Of a stretch of 64,000 nucleotides of DNA, positions 58,767 through 64,000 are shown in pieces. The stretch covers positions 26,865-90,864 of the forward strand of contig JAUCBJ010007937.1 of the NCBI GenBank assembly GCA_032718475.1, in the 5' to 3' direction. Positions within the stretch are counted from its first letter, which is position 1. Every line of letters begins with the position of its first letter. The translations under genes were made by a program, and so were the position numbers. This DNA comes from Nemertoderma westbladi. Taxonomy: Eukaryota > Animalia > Xenacoelomorpha. Below the pieces are notes generated by a model. The model had not been told where the DNA came from. It saw nothing but the letters and a program-made list of their open reading frames with translations, and did no database searches.

Positions 58767-59499
58767 TAATTTCCTAACATTATAGACATTAGTATTAGAA
58801 AATTGCAAGAGCAAACCTCTAACAAAACAAAAAAAGCAACAACTTAATTATAACAGGAAAACAAAAACGTATTTATAGTACAGTCCAGTTTTATTTGCAG
58901 AGTAATATAAGTAGGTAGTATTTATTCCTTTTACAAAAATAGGTATTATTATTATAAGGTATGGTTTAGTGGACCGCCCGAGGCTTTAATATGCATTATA
59001 TTTTGTGTTGTATATGATTGTGTATCATAACACTAATTGTTATGATGCACAATCTACCTACGCGAAGAACTAAAAATATACTGCATTACCTCACGATAGA
59101 CGTACGAGAAAAACTTATTTTTCATCTATTGGGAAAAAATAATAATTATTAACTTAAGTAAATTATTTAGTGTTTTCTTGTTAAAAATAGTAAAAATAGA
59201 ATATATGTATATATATAATATGAATTATTTGTACACAGAAATAAACGAGATTTATTGAGTTTCAATTAAATGTTGCTTTAGTGCCCTCTTGAACATTTTA
59301 GCAGAGAATTTGAAAATTTTGCAAAATTTGCAAAGTATCAGGAAGTTCATTTCATAAATTAAGACTTCTGTAAAGTAAGTGTGAGCGAGAAAAATTGGTA
59401 CGTAGTGATGGTAATCTGTAATGGAATTGCTGTCTAGTTCTTTGTCTGTGAATACTGATATTAGTAACCATTTTAGTCTTAAACCTTTGGAGCACAAAA

Positions 59500-61560
59500 C
59501 ATTAATTCATGCGGTTGTTGTATATTTTTCTTAAACTTAACAATTTGTATAATGTGTTAATTTTAAGAATTTTATGATCGCGTCTGTACGGTTTTAATTC
59601 AATAATGCGGACAGCTTTCTTTTGTTGATGGACTAGAGGATTAAGAGTGCTATCATTCATATTACAATTACCCCAAATATTTAATACATACGATATGTAT
59701 GGTTCGACCAATGTGTTTATATATGAGCTTTCTAATTTGTATAGAACAAAATGCGTGATCTTATTTATTACACCCACATTTTTCGAAATTTTTACACGAG
59801 GATTTGTATATATGTAAGTGCCATTAGAAATTAGATTGGATGTGAACACCAAGAAATTTTATATTTTCAGCATTGTTTATTTTTTGCCCATCAATTTCTA
59901 TCCCTTTGGTTTTTGAATTATGAAGCTTCATAGTGAAGAACTATATATTTTGTTTTATCGAGATTTAAAGAAAGTGTATGTAAGCAAATCCATTGCTATA
60001 TTTTATGTATTTCTTTGTTCATTGTTGATATCAATTCATCTACGTTTTCACCTAAAATAAATAAGTTTGTATCGTCAGCGAAAAGTATGAAATTGAAAAT
60101 TTTTAGGGAATTTGAAATATCATTTACAATTATTACATTAAGAATAAATTTGGTCCAAGGACAGACCCTTGTGGCACTCCACATATCACGTCAAGTAAAT
60201 CAGAAATTGTACCATTGAAGTCAACATATTGGGTACGATTGCATAGAAAACCATTCTAGTGGGGTCCCATGTACACCATAATGTAAGTTCTTTTTAATAA
60301 GATTGCATGATTAACAGTATCTTTACTAAAATCGAAGAATACACCAAGTGTAGAATGTTTATTTTCAATAGCATCTGACAAATTTGATTGCAGGAGAGTG
60401 AGTGCTGTTATTGTTCGATTTTTCAGATTGAAATCCGAACTGATTTTCATAAAAAGTCGCATTTTTTGTCATATAGTTTGTGAATTGCCGAGAGATAGCT
60501 TTTTCTAGAATTTTTGAAAAAAATGGAAGTATGCTTATTGGACGGTAATTTCCAAATTGATCGGCGTCGCTATGTTTGAAAATAGGTAAAATTCTCGCAA
60601 CTCTTATTAGATCTGGGAATATTCCCAAAGATAATGATTGATTTTGGATATGCGTCAATGGTTGGAATAGGGAAAGTTTTGTCATGTAATTTGGGAACCA
60701 ATACCGTCTGAACTTTGGTTTAGAATTGGTGATTGAAGAGGCAATATCGCATACATCATAGTACTTAATGGTGAAAAATATAATGAGGATGCGGTCTGAT
60801 TTCTTAGAGTATCATAAATGGAAGGAACCTTTAGTACTAGGAATATTTTTCGCCAAATTTGGACCGACATTACGATAAAAGTTATTAAATCCATTTGCAA
60901 TCGCTGTTTTACCTCTAATTGTTATATTGTTTAATATAAATGTATCAGGGTAGTTTTGGGAGGAGCATGACGCTCGGGGATTTATAAGTGTTTCAATTAC
61001 TTTGCATGTTTTCTTATACTATGTCTATCAGTATTAAATACTTTCTCAAAATATTTTTTTTTCGCATACCTAACAATTTTAGTTGTTTTATGTTGGTTTT
61101 TATAAACAGTATATTCGCTTTTCTTGCTAAAGGATCTGCTGTTAATGTACTTTGCATAGTGTAACGTTACGTACTTGATACATTTATATATACTTTCAGA
61201 TAGCCATGGTTTATCCTTATTTATTATTTTTTATTTTTAGTTGGAAAACATTTATTATATAGCTTCTGATAAAGTTCAATTAACTTACTGTAGTGTAAGC
61301 AATATTTGGTTCACTTTCTTGAGTCACTTCTTCCCAATTTCCATTATTACAAGTTTGTTTAATGACCTCTACAAAATGTTTACAGTTTGCTTTTGATCTA
61401 TCTGTAACTAAGATGTAAGACGGTGTACTATGCATTCTGGGAATTGTTAATTCGGAGTTGACAAATATGGGTAGATGGTCAGAAAAAGCAGCTACAGTTA
61501 TACCAGATTTACGAATGTTTGTAATATCGTTTGTTATAATATTATCAATACACATAGCAG
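59500..61560 (-). mobile_element. Degraded CR1/L2-group LINE (APE end + RT)
   Basis: CIDNIITN..SDHLPIF, NYRPISILPFFSKILEK, GVFFDFSK, LFADDTNLF and QKKAVRII, with many stops and frameshifts. Confidence 0.85.
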
Positions 61561-61584
61561 TAGTTTATGTTATTCTATGTTATT

Positions 61585-62353
61585 CTTTGAATGTTTGCAA
61601 CCGGATGTTAAAAGGGGAAAAGCCACCACCAATTTGGACTAAAGGTCAACTAAAGCCTCTCCCCAAGAAAGGAGACCTCGGCATACCAACAAACTATCGT
61701 GGGATCTGTCTGCTTGTGGTAGCTGCCAAAATATACAATAAAATGATTCTATATAGGATTAGGCCTCACATAGAGAAACTACTGCATAAGAGCCAAAACG
61801 GATTTCGACCAAGTAGATCAACAATAGCTCAGATACTTGCACTACGGAGACTGATTGAAGGAATTAAGTCAAAGAATCTCCCCGCTGTCATGACTTTTGT
61901 GGACTTCAAGAAGGCATTCGACTCCATCCATAGAGGTAAAATGCTTGAAATCCTAAGAGCTTATGGAATACCAGAAGTAATTGTTACTGGCATTGGATTG
62001 TTATATTGTGACACAGAAGCGCAGGTACTCTCACCAGATGGTGAAACTGAGTTTTTCTCAATCCTGGCTGGCGTACTGCAAGGTGACACATTGGCACCAT
62101 TACTATTTGTAATTGTGCTGGATTACGCAATGAGGACGGCCACAAAGGGTGAAGACCTGGGATTCACACTTCAAGAACGCAGAAGTAGTAGATATCCGGC
62201 AACTACATTCACAGACACCGACTTTGTGGATGACATCGCCCTGCTCTCTAATACCCTAGCAGATGCACAGCTTCTACTAAATAAAGTGGAGAGGGCTGCT
62301 AAGGAGGTTGGATTGCATATAAATGCTACAAAGACCGAATTCATGACCTTTAA
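61585..62353 (+). mobile_element. RTE LINE RT fragment, same family as 5691-7727
   Basis: NYRGICL, SQNGFRP, FVDFKKAFDS and GVLQGDTLAP; nearly identical to 7125-7513 from 61965 on; cut at TTAA. Confidence 0.92.
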
Positions 62354-63893
62354 CCCTATTAGTACCTGGCTATAAAATGTTGTACAAATAGCGGGGGGGG
62401 GGGGGGGGGGTCATATTGACCCCCCCCCCCCTCTAAAATCTACAAATATTTACGAAAAAGTCTGATTTTGTGTTTGTGCGTAGGTATCACTTGTCTGGAT
62501 CCGACCGAAAAAAAAATTTTCGAAAAAATGTACTGGGGTGGTTATATTGCAGCACCAAAATTACAAGTAGTGCACAATTTTCACAAAATTTGAAAGTTAG
62601 ATTTTCGGCTAATTATTTTTCAATACAGGTTTTCTGGGGTGCAAAATACATTGAAAAATATTTAAAAATGATATGATTACTATAAATGGCTGTTTAGTCC
62701 TCTCTGCGTAGGAAAAAAATGAAAAAAACAAGTAACCAGCACTTTTCAGTTAGAACACAAAATTTTTAATTCTCTTATACGATGCTATAAATTCACATTT
62801 TCAGGTTTTCGAGGGCGCTGATTCTAATGGAATACATTTCTAATATGCCAGGTCATTGCTACTTGTATTTTTCGGCGTAATTTGGCAAATTTTGGTGCTA
62901 GCACCAAATTTCGTACCCATCACCAAAAAGTACAATTTTGCGATGTCCAGTGCTGTTTTTATTGATTCCATCGGATTCAGGACCCTCATAAACCCGTATA
63001 ACGCAAGGAACAAGGTGATACTATCAACTGATCAATTTGCATATTTTCCAAAATTTGGTGCTGGCACAACAATTTTCACCCACCGGCGAAAAATACAAGT
63101 TTGAGAACTCTTATGAAATTTTTACTGATTCCATTGAATTCAGAACCATCACAAACCCGTATAACGCAAGAAACAAGGTGACACAATCAATTGATATATT
63201 TGATGGTTTTCAAAATTTGGTGCTAGCACCACATTTTGCACCCACATCCGAAAAATACAAGTTTGAGATGTCTAGTTCAATAATTATATATTCCATTGAA
63301 TTCAGAACAGCCATAAACCTCTAAAACGCAAGAAATAAATTGTCACAAGCAATTTTATCTATTGAATGGATTTTCAAAAATTTCGTGCTAGCACCAAAAT
63401 TTGCACACAGCACCGAAAAATACAAGTTTGATACGCTTGGTGCAACTCGTATATATTTCATCGAATCCAGAACCCCAAAAAACCCCAATTGCGTAAAAAA
63501 CAAGTTTTAAGCAATCAATTTACAAAATTGACATATTTCAAAATTTGGTGCTGGCACCAAAATTTGGCACCCACCGAAAAAAACAAGTTTGAAATTTCTA
63601 AATCAATTTATATGAAATGTGAAAATCAAAAATAGAGATGTTACAATTCATATTTAATGAAATGAAATTTTCAAAAAACGTCTCGAAAAAGTGCCAAAAG
63701 TAGGGTTAAAAAATGGTGCTATAACTCGAAAAGTACCCAATATTTTTGAAAACGGTTTTCAATACTAGGAAGACAATAGATTTTTAGGAAAAGTCATAAA
63801 ATTTCAGATTCCCAACTGCGTTTGTTTCAGAATTATAATAAAAAAACCACGGGGGGGGGGGGGGGGGGTCATATTGACCCCCCCCCCCCGGGT
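62354..63893. mobile_element. Non-autonomous TTAA-targeting (piggyBac-like) element with internal ~163-bp tandem repeats
   Basis: TTAA|CCCTATTAG at 62350-62362 interrupts the LINE at its own TTAA; G-run-TCATATTGA-C-run near both ends; AAATTTGGTGCTAGCACC-like motifs at ~62889, 63051, 63214, 63378 and 63541. Confidence 0.7.
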
Positions 63894-63897
63894 TTAA

Positions 63898-64000
63898 CCC
63901 TATTAGTACCGGGCTATAAAATGTTGTACAAATACCGGGGGGGGGGGGGGGGTCATATTGACCCCTCCCTCTAAAATCTACAAATATTAACGAAAACGTC
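63898..64000. mobile_element. Start of a second copy of the same TTAA element
   Basis: TTAA|CCCTATTAGTACC.GGCTATAAAATGTTGTACAAATA repeats 62350 onward. Confidence 0.8.

Noticed and set aside
61458-61585. Hydrophobic N-terminus fused to RT in the 305-aa ORF
   Set aside because: Chance read-through from antisense CR1/L2 sequence into a 5'-truncated RTE.

Overview
AT-rich, repeat-dense eukaryotic (invertebrate-like) DNA made mostly of transposable elements. It contains a complete 13.4-kb Bel/Pao LTR retrotransposon (11817-25192, minus), the 3' end of a second, divergent element of apparently the same design (1-~3300), a related solo LTR, and a Mag-like Gypsy element whose RT/RNase H is replaced in frame by a 12-bp repeat. 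There are also many RTE-clade LINE pieces, a CRE-like and a CR1/L2-like LINE fragment, several MITE/foldback elements and minisatellites. One host gene is present, a two-exon ABCC (MRP4-like) transporter. The best candidate for a new system is the Bel/Pao element. In the env position it carries a long extra ORF with a DEDD-type (WRN/EXD/Mut-7-like) 3'-5' exonuclease domain plus three CCHC zinc knuckles, and a divergent homologue of this ORF lies at 2-1933. The element also lacks a tRNA-type PBS and instead has a 10-nt site complementary to its own predicted transcript 5' end, the geometry used by Tf1 self-priming. All calls come from motif reading by eye; no database searches were run.
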